In this document: in pieces, positions 39,080-50,449 of the stretch
Numbering within the stretch: the stretch's first letter is position 1
Layout: each line of letters opens with the position of its first letter
Source of the DNA: Chiloscyllium plagiosum
Lineage: Eukaryota
Length of the DNA: 51,588 bases
Direction of reading: 5' to 3'
Assembly (NCBI RefSeq): GCF_004010195.1
Contig: NC_057752.1
Coordinates: forward strand, 12,288,253 to 12,339,840
The notes under the pieces: generated by a model
What the model was told of the DNA's origin: nothing
The model's database searches: none
What the model saw: the letters and a program-made list of their open reading frames with translations, nothing else
Translations under genes and position numbers: made by a program

Positions 39080-39230
39080 CTGCTCTGGTTTCTTCCCACA
39101 ATCCAAAAAGTGCAGGTTAGGTGAATTAGCAAAGGGGTAAATGTAGGGTAATGAGTCTGGGTGGGTTGCACTTTGGCAGGTTGGTGTGGACTTGTTGGGC
39201 CAAAGGGTCTGTTTCCACACTAATCTAAAA
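39080..39230 (+). mobile_element. Partial HE1-like SINE (3' half)
   Basis: gtgcaggttaggtgaatt...gacttgttgggccaaagggtctgtttccacactaatct. Confidence 0.85.
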
Positions 39231-39322
39231 ACACTTGCCTTGAGATGTTTATACCAGGTATCCAAAAATAGAGGAAGTCTGTAAAAACAAGTGGCAAGCT
39301 AGATTTACATAGTTCCTGCTGT

Positions 39323-39455
39323 GGAGAAAGTGAAGACTGCAGATCAGAAAGTAGTGCTGGAGATCAGAGAAGAGAGTGGTGCTGAAAAAGCACAGCAGGT
39401 TAGGCAGCATCCAAGGAGCAGGAGAGTGGATATTTCAGGCAAAAGCCCATCAGGA
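39323..39455 (-). mobile_element. Decayed solo PLE terminal repeat
   Basis: Matches the family. Imperfect 14-bp direct repeat atagttcctgctgt (39309-39322) / atagcacctgctgt (39456-39469). Confidence 0.75.
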
Positions 39456-39559
39456 ATAGCACCTGCTGTTACTTCTATCCTGGGAATTAATGTCTAGTTT
39501 CTACCCAGCAGTGGGACAGCACATTAAATGGAGGAGAGATTAGGTTAGTAATTAAAGTG

Positions 39560-41270
39560 ATAATGAGGGTTAATATTGGTTTATTATTGTAGATCCAACC
39601 AAGGATTAGCCATTTGCAAGTCTGGGAACATTAGTTTAATTGAGTCACAGCACAGAAATGGATGAGTGTCAAGTAAATTCTCATTTGAATTTAGCACTGA
39701 AAGAAACTTAGTCATAAAAACTGTGCTAAAACTGAAGTGTAATAATTAGGGCAGAGTTGGTTTGGAGCAGATGGGGGAATATGTAGCAGAAAGAGCAACT
39801 GAGGAACAATGGCAGATATTTAAGAGTCCTAGATGCTCAAGAGATGTGGCCCAGTCAGGAAGACTAACTGATAAAGGATAGCACCAGATTGAAAGTAGTA
39901 ATATTCAATGTGGCAGATTAGCTGCAAATCAGGATTGGGGAAGTTTTAAAAGCCAAAGAAATTATCCAAAAGCAAAGGAATACAAAAAAAACTGGGGGCA
40001 AGCTGGCTTGCCTCTTCTATAAGAGGATAAAGCTGAAGTGAACACAGAAAAAGGTTGGGGAAATGGTGAAGAACTAGAAACAGCACAGGAATTGAAAAGG
40101 AGGTATACAAGGAGCAATCTTCTAGGAATCCTTCATTCAGGCAAGTTAGGGGATTAGAAACTTAATGTAACATCTTTATTCATGAAGGAGGCAGACAAGA
40201 TAGATACTATGGCCAGTTAGCTTAACATCCACCATTGGATGATTTTCCTGGTCTACATTATAAATTGAGGATTTTAAAGAGTGCACAATAAAACAGAATC
40301 AGCATGGCTTAATGCAAAGTCATGTGACAAAATTTGTTACAGTTCAGATACTGAGCAGGACAGATTATTAGTAATGCTTGTTTAAAAGTCCCACCATCGA
40401 CTAGGAGCCCATGGTGTTGCTTCTTTGTGAAGTAAGATGTAATAGATAGAGGACAGTGAACATGGGTGCCATTTTCAGAATGGCAACCTGTAATAATGGA
40501 GTATGTGAGAAGTGAATGTGCTATCACCAAATTTGTGGATGACAAAAGTAGTGAGGATGCCAGCAGAAACTTGGAGATGCCATATGTAAAAAAAATTGGT
40601 TTGGCAGAAGTAGAAGAGCTGAGTACCATGTGTGGGAAAAGACTACAGAAAGTTGTAGCAGAGTGTTTTTGGGTTCTCAAACATGAATCAAAACCCATAA
40701 CATCCAGGTTTAGGAGGTATGGAGAAGGCAAAATGGAATGTTGGTCTTTATTTCAAAAGGGTAAAGTAGGAAAAGTATTTTAAACAAAAAAATTATACCA
40801 CTGAATACTGAACAGTTTTGGTCCCCTTATCCAAGGGGAGGCATACTGGTACTGTATCATTCCAAAGGCTTACTACATCAATATCATAGTAATGCCCGAA
40901 ACGTCGATTCTCCTGTTCCCTAGATGCTGCCTGACCTGCTGCGCTTTTCCAGCAACACATTTCCATCTCTGATCTCCAGCATCTGCAGACCTCACTTTTC
41001 CCTACATCAATATCATAGGTGAATGATCTGACAAGTATGTTGGGCCTAAACTCATTGAAGATTAGAGATAGATTAGTGGATTGACAAGAGGCTGTATCCC
41101 CTCATGGGATAAGTCTAGGGCCACAGGGCATAATTTGAGTATGCAGTCACCATTTAGGACATGACAAATTTTGTAAGGTAATTAATCTCAAATTCCTTTA
41201 CTAGAAGTGGCTGGGTGATTAAGATTCAGGGATGAGGCACAGATTTTAAGTTAAAGGGAATCAAGGGCAA
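39560..41270 (+). mobile_element. Highly decayed CR1-clade LINE
   Basis: YWPVSLTS, QHGL..SCD-like, SEWQPV, KFVDDK and QFWSPY remnants. Confidence 0.7.
40890..41001 (+). mobile_element. Young solo PLE terminal repeat, truncated within hammerhead stem II
   Basis: Starts taatgcccgaaacgtcgattctcc with CpGs intact. Perfect 17-bp TSD ctacatcaatatcatag at 40873-40889 and 41002-41018. Confidence 0.92.
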
Positions 41271-41499
41271 AGGTAGCATCCCATGCTAGTCAGTCAGGGG
41301 GCTTGGACACTTTGGGACTGAATCCGGACTGTCTACCCAAAAACAAACAACCAGTGTCAAGCAGTCATTACATGTCTTGACTGTTCCTGCTTGGAGAGTT
41401 TCTCAGAGTGAGCACAGGCATGAGGGGGAGTGGATAGAACAGCACTCACTGTTGGCACAGATGGGGAGGTGCCCCAAGTGACTGAGTGGACAGCTCAGA

Positions 41500-41850
41500 T
41501 GACATGCAGGATGAGTAGTGTTGGAGTGGAGGAGTGCAAGTGAGGAATGATGTTGCAGGGAATGGAATGGCAAGAGCTGGAGCCTTGAGTGGGAGGGGAG
41601 TGTAGTAGTAGAAGTTGGAAATATTGGAGAGAAGCTGCTGTTTAAACTGGCAGATTAGAAAAGGACTGAACTTCAGTGCAGAGCATTCCTCCAGGCAAAG
41701 ACTGCACTAAGCTGGATGGCAATCTTGAACCAGGCTGGCATAGTGGCCTCCACTGGTGGTCCTAGAGAGGCCCAAGTCCTGCATCTGCAGGATCCTGTCC
41801 AATGGGACCTTCAGATCCTTGCCTGCAATGCAGGGAATGAGGGACACCAT
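41500..41850 (-). mobile_element. PIF/Harbinger-like Myb/SANT ORF remnant
   Basis: Minus AGKDLKVPLDRILQMQDL...PAWFKIAIQLSAV resembles the N-terminal helices of the same domain as 36900-37330. Confidence 0.4.
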
Positions 41851-42259
41851 TGAGTGAGCTAGATTATGGAGACATTTGGTTAGATACAAGAAATTTAGCA
41901 GGGCTTCTATGAAAAGACAAAAATAAAACTCAAGCCAAAAAGATTCAGCCCAAGTAATGAAGTGTAGGAGGAAGCAAGTATTCTAATTGAAAGTTTGGAG
42001 CAGTTCAATATTTATTGTTTTGTTCTGCACTCACTGGTTTCAACCCCACTAATCCTATAGATCAAGCCACTGCCCCAGTGTTGTATCCACTTTCCCCTCC
42101 TGCCTGCACCCCCCCCACCCCCAATATTAACAGGGGGACTCCAATCAGGTGTGGGGAGAATGACCAAATGGGATTGTTCCTACCTACAATTTGTTAAGCA
42201 TGAACAATTATGGTATTCTGGGGTGTAAGAGGACCTCAGAGGAACAAAAAGTCACTTAC

Positions 42260-42417
42260 CTATAGTTTTCTAGAAACCAGGTTGGCAAAGAACCAGTCCC
42301 GTATCAGGTCAATTCACTTATTCAGTGACAGAAAACATCTCACTATGCCATGAGATGTAACTTTCACATTTGAAAGTGGTACAGGATTTTATAATCTAGA
42401 AGTGACATAAGTCGTAA
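42260..42417 (-). ncRNA. Candidate internal non-coding exon with strong predicted RNA structure
   Basis: Consensus donor AG|GTAAGT at 42260/42259. Acceptors tttttcag| (start 42417) or cttctag| (start 42395). Stops in all frames. Confidence 0.4.
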
Positions 42418-42473
42418 CTGAAAAATCCTTCAAACTAAAGTGGTTTACAAAGTTTTCCATACTTTCAAACACC

Positions 42474-42556
42474 TTCCTGAAGGGCTCATGCCCAAAATGT
42501 CAATTCTCCTGCTCCTTGGATGCTGCCTGACCTGCTGTGCTTTTCTAGCAAACATT
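42474..42556 (+). mobile_element. Decayed solo PLE terminal repeat
   Basis: ttcctgaagggctcatgcccaaaatgtcaattctcctgctccttggatgctgcctgacctgctg. Confidence 0.8.
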
Positions 42557-43869
42557 CATTCAGTTCCATACCTTCAAGTAACCTGGCCTCTGCACCAAGG
42601 GCAGTCAACAGCAGCCAAAGGGAGTTTTTTTTAAACTAGGCAGCCACTAGCCTTATCTTTCTACTGATCCAAAGAATACACAAGTAGTCAAAAAAAAGTG
42701 TATAGATAAAGCAAGCAGCTATGAACTGCAAAAGTAGAGTATCCATCAGATAGTCTGGTCAGTTACTATGCTGCTAGAAGCAAGCCAAGTCTCAGACCAC
42801 TGAAGTAACAAAACAGCAAGATGGAAAGGACTAGCTGTTGAGGGACCAAACGTCAGGAAGGTATGCTCCATGTACAATAGGCCTAACTCATCTATCAAGT
42901 GTAAAAATGTTTGTGTAGTTCAAACAATCTGATTGAATTTTATTAGAGTTACCCTCCCTGCCAGAATACTATTATCTCAAAATCAGCTTCAGCAATGAAG
43001 TTCGTCTCACCTTGACAATGTTGAAAGCTTTAGTAATAGCAGACTTGTTCCAAAATATGTACACAAAGCAACAATTGGATCTGGATACAAACTAGGTTGC
43101 AAAGAAATTCCATACCAAGGCTAGGTTTAGCAAAAGCAGTGTTCTGCCAGAGGTGAAAACAAGATAGATAACACAAGGAATGTATTGGTGTGGGATGTTC
43201 AGGCATCCAAGTGGGTGGAATGAAGTTTTGAAACTGACAAGCCATCAGAAGAATCAAGGACATAAGTGGGACTAGAAAAACTAATTAAACCTGATAAACA
43301 GTGCTGTTACCTAGCCTGGACTTCTACCTTGCAGAGGGTCATTACCAGCTCTGACATCTCTCCTGGCCACAATCCCAAACTTTCTACAAGGACTAACCTC
43401 ACCTGGAATTTGCTTCCTCTATAACCAAAAAAGACATATGTAGCCCTATTAATTCACTCCCAAGTGTAGTCCACTTGTCACAACCAGTAATACTGAAGGC
43501 TCTAAGTCACATGCCATTCTTAGTTGCAATTCCATGTTCTATTAGAAGAAAACATGCCTTAGTATCTCAACTTGCAGGTCCTTCTTTATACCTGCCACAG
43601 AAGGAGTCCTCAACAACCTGACCAAGATACCAAGTCAAGTGCATCCAGCCCTGGCCTTTTGGACTTTGGAGTCAGTTGAATGCTTAAAAACTATTTAAGG
43701 TAAAAGGGATATGGAACAAAAAAGTAGACGTACACAGTTCAACCACAACATAACTAAGGTGGTAGAACAGGTTCAACAGGATGAACAACCTACTCACTAT
43801 TCTATGCACATTGAAGGAGCAGAATCACACTGAAGAGCCAGCCTCAGATGCCATCATCTCCAGTTAGAG

Positions 43870-44480
43870 GGAGATATGTATAGCATGGAATTGGACTGAA
43901 GGGTCTTTCATCCATGCTGACCAGATATCCAACCTAATTAGTCCCATTTGCCAGCACTTGAGCCTTTGCCTCTAAACCCTTCTATTCATATCTATTCAGG
44001 TGCCTTTTAAGTGTTGCAGTTGTACCAGCCCCCATCACTTCCTCAGGTAGCTTATTCTATACATGCACTGTCTGCATGAAAACATTGCCTCTTTGGTCTC
44101 ATCTTTTCCTTCTCACCCCAAACATATGCCCTCTAGTTCTGGACTCCAACCCCAGAGAAAGACTGTCAATTTACCCTATCCATGCCCCTCATGATTTTAT
44201 AAGCCTCCAAGGTCACCCCTCAGCCCCCATGAAAAAGATAGCCCCAGCCTATTCAGCTTGTCTATTAACTAAATCCTCCAACCCCAGCAGCATCACTGCA
44301 AGTCTTTTGATCCTTTCAAGTTTCACAACCACCTTTGATAGGAAGGCCAGAATTGCATACAATATTCCAAAACTAGAATAACCAGTGTCCTGTACAGCCA
44401 CAACATGACCTCTAACTCCTATACTCAGTATTGACCAATAAAGGAAAGCATACCAAGTACCTTCTTCACTATCCTAACTA
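43870..44480 (-). mobile_element. CR1/HER1-like LINE 3' portion
   Basis: Reverse complement of the 3' end seen at 14133-14328. MQFW and LYRTLV motifs on minus. Confidence 0.85.
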
Positions 44481-44949
44481 CTGAGGAAACACTTGTTACA
44501 TTCTTGAACACTTGAATATTGATCCCTCAACCTACATCAATAAGATGCTGACAATTGTCTCAATGAGAAACATTACTAGGCTCCTGTGACATGACAGGGC
44601 ACCAGCTTAGGTGTCCTCCTTTGGAGGAGCAGCACTTTGGGAGGATATATAAATAAAAGGCATGATACAAGTTGTTTATTCTATAGGACTGCAATTGCAG
44701 CTCAGATGAATTTTGATAGTAATCTCATTGAATTAGGAGATATTTGTTATATGACAACTATGACTTCAGACTAACCTAAAGATTAAAAAAGTTTCCACTC
44801 CTTGCTGTTTCAATGATTAGGCACACTGCTTTTCCACAAGTCATTTAAATTATCTTCTGGACAGTACATTAGCATTATGCTAGTCATTCAGTTAACACCT
44901 TTTTTTTAAAAAAAAAAGTGTTGTACATTTAAATTGCATATTTACTTTT

Positions 44950-47700
44950 AGAGTCAGACCTACAGCACAGACAGGCCCTTTGGCTCCAACCCCAAAAGGT
45001 TAGGGCCATTTCCTTCTAAACCTTTCCTATTGACAATCTGACTGACTCAATATTGTTAATGCACCTGCCTCAACCACTTCCACAACAGCTCATTCCATAT
45101 GCTGACCACCCTGTGAAAACATTGTCCCTCAGGTTCCCTTTATTCTTTAACCTTAAACTGATGCCCTCTAGTCCTCAATTCACCAACCCTGGGAAAAGTC
45201 AGTGTATTCACCCTATCTATGCCTCATGATCTTATATGAACCTAGAGTCCTAGCAACATTGTTAATTTCTTCTGCACACTTTCCAGTTTAAGAACATTCT
45301 TCCTATAAGGTGACCAAAACTGAACACAATACTCCAAGTGCAACCTCAATGTCTGTACAACTGCAAATAAACACTTTCCAACTTCTATACTCAATGCCCT
45401 GACCAATTGAAGCCCAGTGTGCCAAAAGCTTCAATGCCCAGTCTACCTGTGATGCCACTGTCAGATAACATGCACCTGGAACTCCAAGGTTCCTCTGTTC
45501 CACCACACTCAAGGCCCTACCATTCACTATGACAATGTGCCACATGAGGCTGCTGCATAAGATAAGGATGCATGGCATTAGGGGTAGAGTATTAGCATGG
45601 ATAGAGGATTAGTTGACTGTCAGGAAGCAAAGAGTGGGGATAAGCAAGTGCTGTTCTGGCTGGCAATCAGTGACTAGTGGTGTGCCTCAAGGATCAGTGT
45701 GGAGACCACAAATATTTACAATTTATATAAATGATTGAGTTGGGACCACATGTACAGTACCAAAGTTTGCCAGCAACATGAGCAGCAGAGCAAAGTGTGC
45801 AGAGGACCATAGATACAGAGTGGGCAACTGTATGGCAGATAGAATACAGTGTTAGTAAATGTGAAGTCATACATTTTGTATGGAGTAACAGCAAAACAGA
45901 TTACTTAAATGGTAAAAAGTTGCAGCATGCAGATTTGTAGAGGGACCTGGGGTGTCCTTGTGTGTGAATCACAGAAGGTCAGTCTGCAGGTATAACAGGT
46001 AATTAGGGAGGCAAATGGAATTCCATCCATCATTGCTAAAGAGGCTGCGTTTAAAAGCAGAGGGGTAATGTTACAGCCATACAAGGTGCTGGTGAGATAG
46101 CACCTGGAGGAATGTGTGCAGATTTGGTCTCCTTAAGAGTAAATGGCAGGGATGCAAAAGAGACTCACTAGGTTGATTCTGGCTTAGGAGGAGAGACTGA
46201 GCAGATTGGGATTATATTTATTGGAAGTAGGAATGGGGGGGAAAAAAAAAGATAAAATAGATAGGATGTTTCCATTGTAGGTGAAACTCTGACAAGAGGG
46301 CATGGCCTCAAGATTAGAGGAAGCAGGTTCAGAACTGAATGGAGAAGGAAGTTCTTCACCCAGAGGGTTGTTAATCTAAGGAATTCCTTGCCCAGGGAAG
46401 GGTGGACACTACATCAGTAATTGCTTTTAAAGCAAAAAGCTAAATCCTTTACTTTTTTGAAGTAAAGGAAGGGATATGGTGAAAACGTGGGTAAATGGAG
46501 TGGAGCCATGATCTTAGTGGCTGAGCAGGCTTGAAGGGCTAGATTGCGTACTCCTGATTCTGTGTTCTTATGAAACTCCTACATTGATTTGACTTTCCAA
46601 AAATCAAGTCCTCACTCATCTGTATTAAACTATTTGCCATTTCTCAACCCACATCCCTAGCTGACCAAGGTCCTGCTGCAATTTCTAATAGCCTTCCTCA
46701 CTGTCCACAATGCTCCCTATTTTAGGGTCATCTGCAAAATTTGCCTTGTGTTATCTATATCAATAATTTGTATGAGAAAGAATAATAGAGTCAGAGTCAG
46801 TTATACAGCATGGAAACAGACCCTTCAGTCCAACTGGTCTATGCTGACCAGATATTTAATCTAGTCCCATTTGCCAGCACTTAGCCCATATCCTTCAACC
46901 CTTCTATTCAGAAACCCATCCAGATGTCTAAGGCATTTAGTTGTACTAGGCTCCACAGCTTTGTCAGGCAGCTCATTCCATACATGCACCACCCTCTGAA
47001 AAACATTGCCCCTTAGGTCCCTTTTATATATTCTATATTCTTTCCTTCATCTTAAAACCATGCCTTCTCATTCTGGACTCCCAAACTCAGAAGCCACATC
47101 TGTTTACCCTATCCATGCCCCTTTATTTTGAGCCCCTAAAGATCAACCCTCAGCCTCTGACAAAAAACAGCCAGCACTGACCAGAGGTACAGCACTAGTC
47201 ACAGGCCTCCTGTCTGAAGGCACTTTCCACCATTACCCTCAGCTTCCTACTATCAAGCCAATTGTGTCCAATTTGCCAGATCCTGCAATTCCATACAACC
47301 CAACCTTCCAAAGCAACCTACATATGGAACCTTAAAGCTTTACTGAAAAATCAATGTACAGTAGACTAAATCTACTGCCCTGCCCACAACCTTTTGTTGG
47401 TTTCTAGACCAAAAGGAACCAAAACTAAGTCATTCTAAACAAATGACCAAAGCTAAAATTTAATATTACATTCCATGACACAGCAATCCTGTTGCTATGA
47501 AGTCTGCATCTTATGATTCTGCTCCACAACCACAAGTGATCCCAAATAAGCCTGTTGGATGAGAACCTGGTATTGGTTATTTTTAAACTCAACCTTCCTG
47601 GTCACTTCAAAAGTAGTTTCACAAATTTTAGGGGCATGATCTCACAGCCATACTGACTAATCAAACCTGGTCTTTCCAAAAAAAAAAATGTACATCTTAT
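44950..47700. mobile_element. Nested CR1-clade fragments (minus ~44950-45530, plus ~45535-46572, minus ~46575-47700)
   Basis: PHMRLLHKI, VTSGVPQGSV, YKVLVR..LEECVQIWSP on plus. LEYCVQFWSPY on minus. CR1 3' tails at ~46570 and ~46790. Confidence 0.8.
47394..47589 (+). mobile_element. Short insertion, probably the terminal repeat of a second PLE family with its hammerhead core deleted
   Basis: 7-bp direct repeat caacctt (47387-47393, 47590-47596). ctgctccacaaccac|..ccaaataagcctgttgga resembles a shark PLE repeat as I recall it. Confidence 0.45.
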
Positions 47701-48417
47701 TCCTCAAATCTTGAGGTATCCCATTTCCTCCAAATGGAGGAATCAATGGCAGCCCTGGATGGAGCCCACCACAATATTTTTTACTTTTAACAGAGTTTGT
47801 TTTTGCTGCGACAGGAGACAAACAGACTGACCCAAAATGGGTGGCATTAGAATTGTCACCTCCACTCCCAAAATGTGGGAAACAAAGTGATTAGTGTTAA
47901 GTTGCTCTTCAGCTCTTTCTCCAAATGAAGTTTAGCACAAGAAACAAATTGTGCATGATACATTAAAATGATGCCTACAAAACTTGAATGTCATGGTGAT
48001 CATCAAGTTTGCAGACAAAAATTGTCATGGTGGTAATTCAAGAGATAGCCTTAGATTAGAGGATTAAACAGGCTAGATAAAAACTGTAGACACTAAAATC
48101 AAACAAAAACAGAAGTTGCTGGAGAGACTCAGCAGGTCTGGCAGCATCTGTGAAGAGAAATCAAAGTTAAATGTTTCACATCCAGTGATCCATCCTTAGC
48201 TGATAGGAGCTAGGAAAGTGTTGGTTTAGATGCACAAGATAGGATGAAGGAGGGAGAAAAGAGAAGAGAAAAATGTCAAAGAGGGTGTTGCTGGAAAAAC
48301 AGGCCAGGCAGCATACAAGTATGAGAATTGACATTTTGGGCACAAGTCCTTCATCAGGAAGGTGGAAGAGGGGGTGATAGGTCAGGGGGAGGGTGGAGCA
48401 GATTGGGTGGGAAGATT

Positions 48418-48513
48418 AGAGATGGAAATGTGTTGCTGGAAAAGTGCAGCAGGTCAGGCAGCATCTAGGGAACAGGAGAATCGACGTTTCGGGCATTAGC
48501 CCTTCTTCAGGAA
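48418..48513 (-). mobile_element. Young solo PLE terminal repeat nested in an older copy
   Basis: 10-bp TSD tgggaagatt at 48408-48417 and 48514-48523. CpGs intact. Confidence 0.88.
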
Positions 48514-48514
48514 T
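48479..48514 (-). ncRNA. Minimal type I hammerhead ribozyme motif (PLE-type), intact core
   Basis: Minus RNA AUUC-CUGAAGA-A-GGGC-UAAU-GCCC-GAAAC-GUC/GAUU. Predicted cleavage between 48483 and 48482. Confidence 0.8.
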
Positions 48515-48966
48515 GGGAAGATTGACAAGTCAAGAGGATGGTGCCAAGTTGGAGGGTTAGATTGCAGGAGGGGGGCGGGGTGGAAGAATAAGAGATTGAG
48601 AAACTAGAAGTCTGCTGATTGGAAACTAGTGAACTCAATGTCCCCTCTACCCCACCTCATCCAATTCTCCAACTTGGAAAAAAGTCAAGAGGGTGGTGCC
48701 ATCTACCAGTTAACCCCCATCTATCACCTTCTCCCATTCCCAGTGAAGGGTAGAGGTCTAATGTAGACAAACATGGGTACTGCAGATGCTGGAGATCAGA
48801 GTCAAGATTAGAGTGGTGCTGGAAAAGCATAGCAGGTCTGGCAGCATCTGAGGAGCAAGACTTGGCTGTTCCTCAGATGCTGCCTGACCTGCTTTGCCCA
48901 AAGTGTATTCTGGATTAGTGGTGCTGGAAGAGTACAGCAGTTCAGGCAGCATCCAGGGAGCTTCGA

Positions 48967-49002
48967 AATCGACGTTTCGGGCAAAAGCCCTTCATCAGGA
49001 AT
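48967..49002 (-). ncRNA. Minimal type I hammerhead ribozyme motif (PLE-type), intact core
   Basis: Minus RNA AUUC-CUGAUGA-A-GGGC-UUUU-GCCC-GAAAC-GUC/GAUU. Predicted cleavage between 48971 and 48970. Confidence 0.82.
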
Positions 49003-49725
49003 AAAGGCAGTGAGCCTGAAGCGTGGAGAGATGTAGACTACTCCACTGATGCTGTCTGACCTACTGCACTTTTCCAGCACTACCCACTTGGACTCCATCT
49101 GCAGTCCTCACTTTTTCCAGGTGAGGTGGGGGTGAGAAGTAATTAGTAGGTATACAGCCTAGAGAGAAAAGAACAGTTGGACAGAAACAAGTTGATAATC
49201 TGACTGGAAAGGTGAATAGCTATTAATGGAGATTGTTAGTGGCTAACAATAGGTCGTGTTTAATGATAGACTGAGATAACAAGGCCTGGTGTGTGATGGG
49301 GGTCGAGGCCATGAGAGAGAGTTCAGGCCATAACATTAGGAAACTTTAAGTATAGAGGGCTGCAGGCAGATAATGTGTTTTTGTTTGATATAACTAGGCT
49401 GACCAGCAGAAGACAAAATTCACTCAAGCAATTTAATTATACTAGGCTCCACAACTTCCTCCAGTAGAATTCACCAAGGGTGAGGCACTTGGTAGTGGAA
49501 TTAGTGAACAGTAGGACCCTAGGCAACAGCAAGGATCAGAGGGACCATGTCTATGCCTACTAGCCTCCAAGGTAGAAGGGGTAGATAGTGATTAAGTTGG
49601 CACTTGTTAGCTGAAGCCTAGAGTTTAGACTAGAGGGGCTATGCTGGAACTGTAAAAAATATTGGTTAGGCCACAGCTTGTATTGTGTGGAGTTAGAGAT
49701 TATATTGCATTGGAGGGGGCATGGA

Positions 49726-49931
49726 GGAGAAAGTGAGGACTGCAGATGCTGGAGATCAGAGCTGAATGCATTGCTGGAAAAGCATAGCAGGTCAGGCAAC
49801 ATCCAAGGAGCAGGAGAATCGACATTTCAGGCACAAGCCCTTCTTCAGGAAAGGCTCATGCCCGAAACATCAATTCTCCTGCTCCTTAGATGCTGCCTGG
49901 CCTGCTGCGCTTTCCCAGCAACACATTTTCA
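49726..49931. mobile_element. Inverted pair of PLE terminal repeats inserted in a CR1 remnant (~49400-50340)
   Basis: Minus copy 49726-49850 and plus copy 49851-49931. Possible 7-bp TSD gcatgga (49719-49725, 49932-49938). Confidence 0.85.
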
Positions 49932-50449
49932 GCATGGAAGACATTACCCAGGATGTTGCCAGGGCTAGAATGTTTTAGTTATTGAGAGAAATTGGATAGA
50001 CTGGAGTTATTTGCATTATAGTTACAGATTAAGAGGCATGAGAATGATGACTTACATGCATAACATAAGGGGCACAGATAGGGTAGACAGGAACTGCTCC
50101 TTGGCAGTTGGAGAACACTAGTTGAGACAGTAGGTTGAGACAGAACTTTTCACCTTGTAGTGGCAATTTGAAACTCCTACCTGCAAAGGGTAGGAGAGAC
50201 AAGCCCTCAACACTAAAGCATTGAGATGTACATTCACAACAGGCCAAGTGTCAGGGAGAGAGATCAGACTAGTTAGGGAATTGCTATTGACTAGCAGACT
50301 CGATGGGACAAGAGGCCTTATTCTATGCAGTAGACCTCTGACAAATCAAAACATGCAAACTGCTGATTTCAAGAAGGATCCAATCCACAAAAACCTTCAA
50401 ATGTGATAACCTTTCAAACATTTTTACTTCTAAAGAGTGAAACAGTTAC

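Larger units (their letters stand above)
48090..49370. mobile_element. Cluster of nested PLE terminal-repeat fragments
   Basis: Family motif (gctggaaaag..cagcagg.c.ggcagcatc) at ~48118, 48289, 48435, 48818 and 48920, inverted at ~48875 and ~49048. Confidence 0.8.

Noticed and set aside
48090..49931. CRISPR-like array from the recurring gctgcctgacctgctg motif
   Set aside because: Irregular spacing, mixed orientation, TSDs and eukaryotic context. These are retroelement termini.
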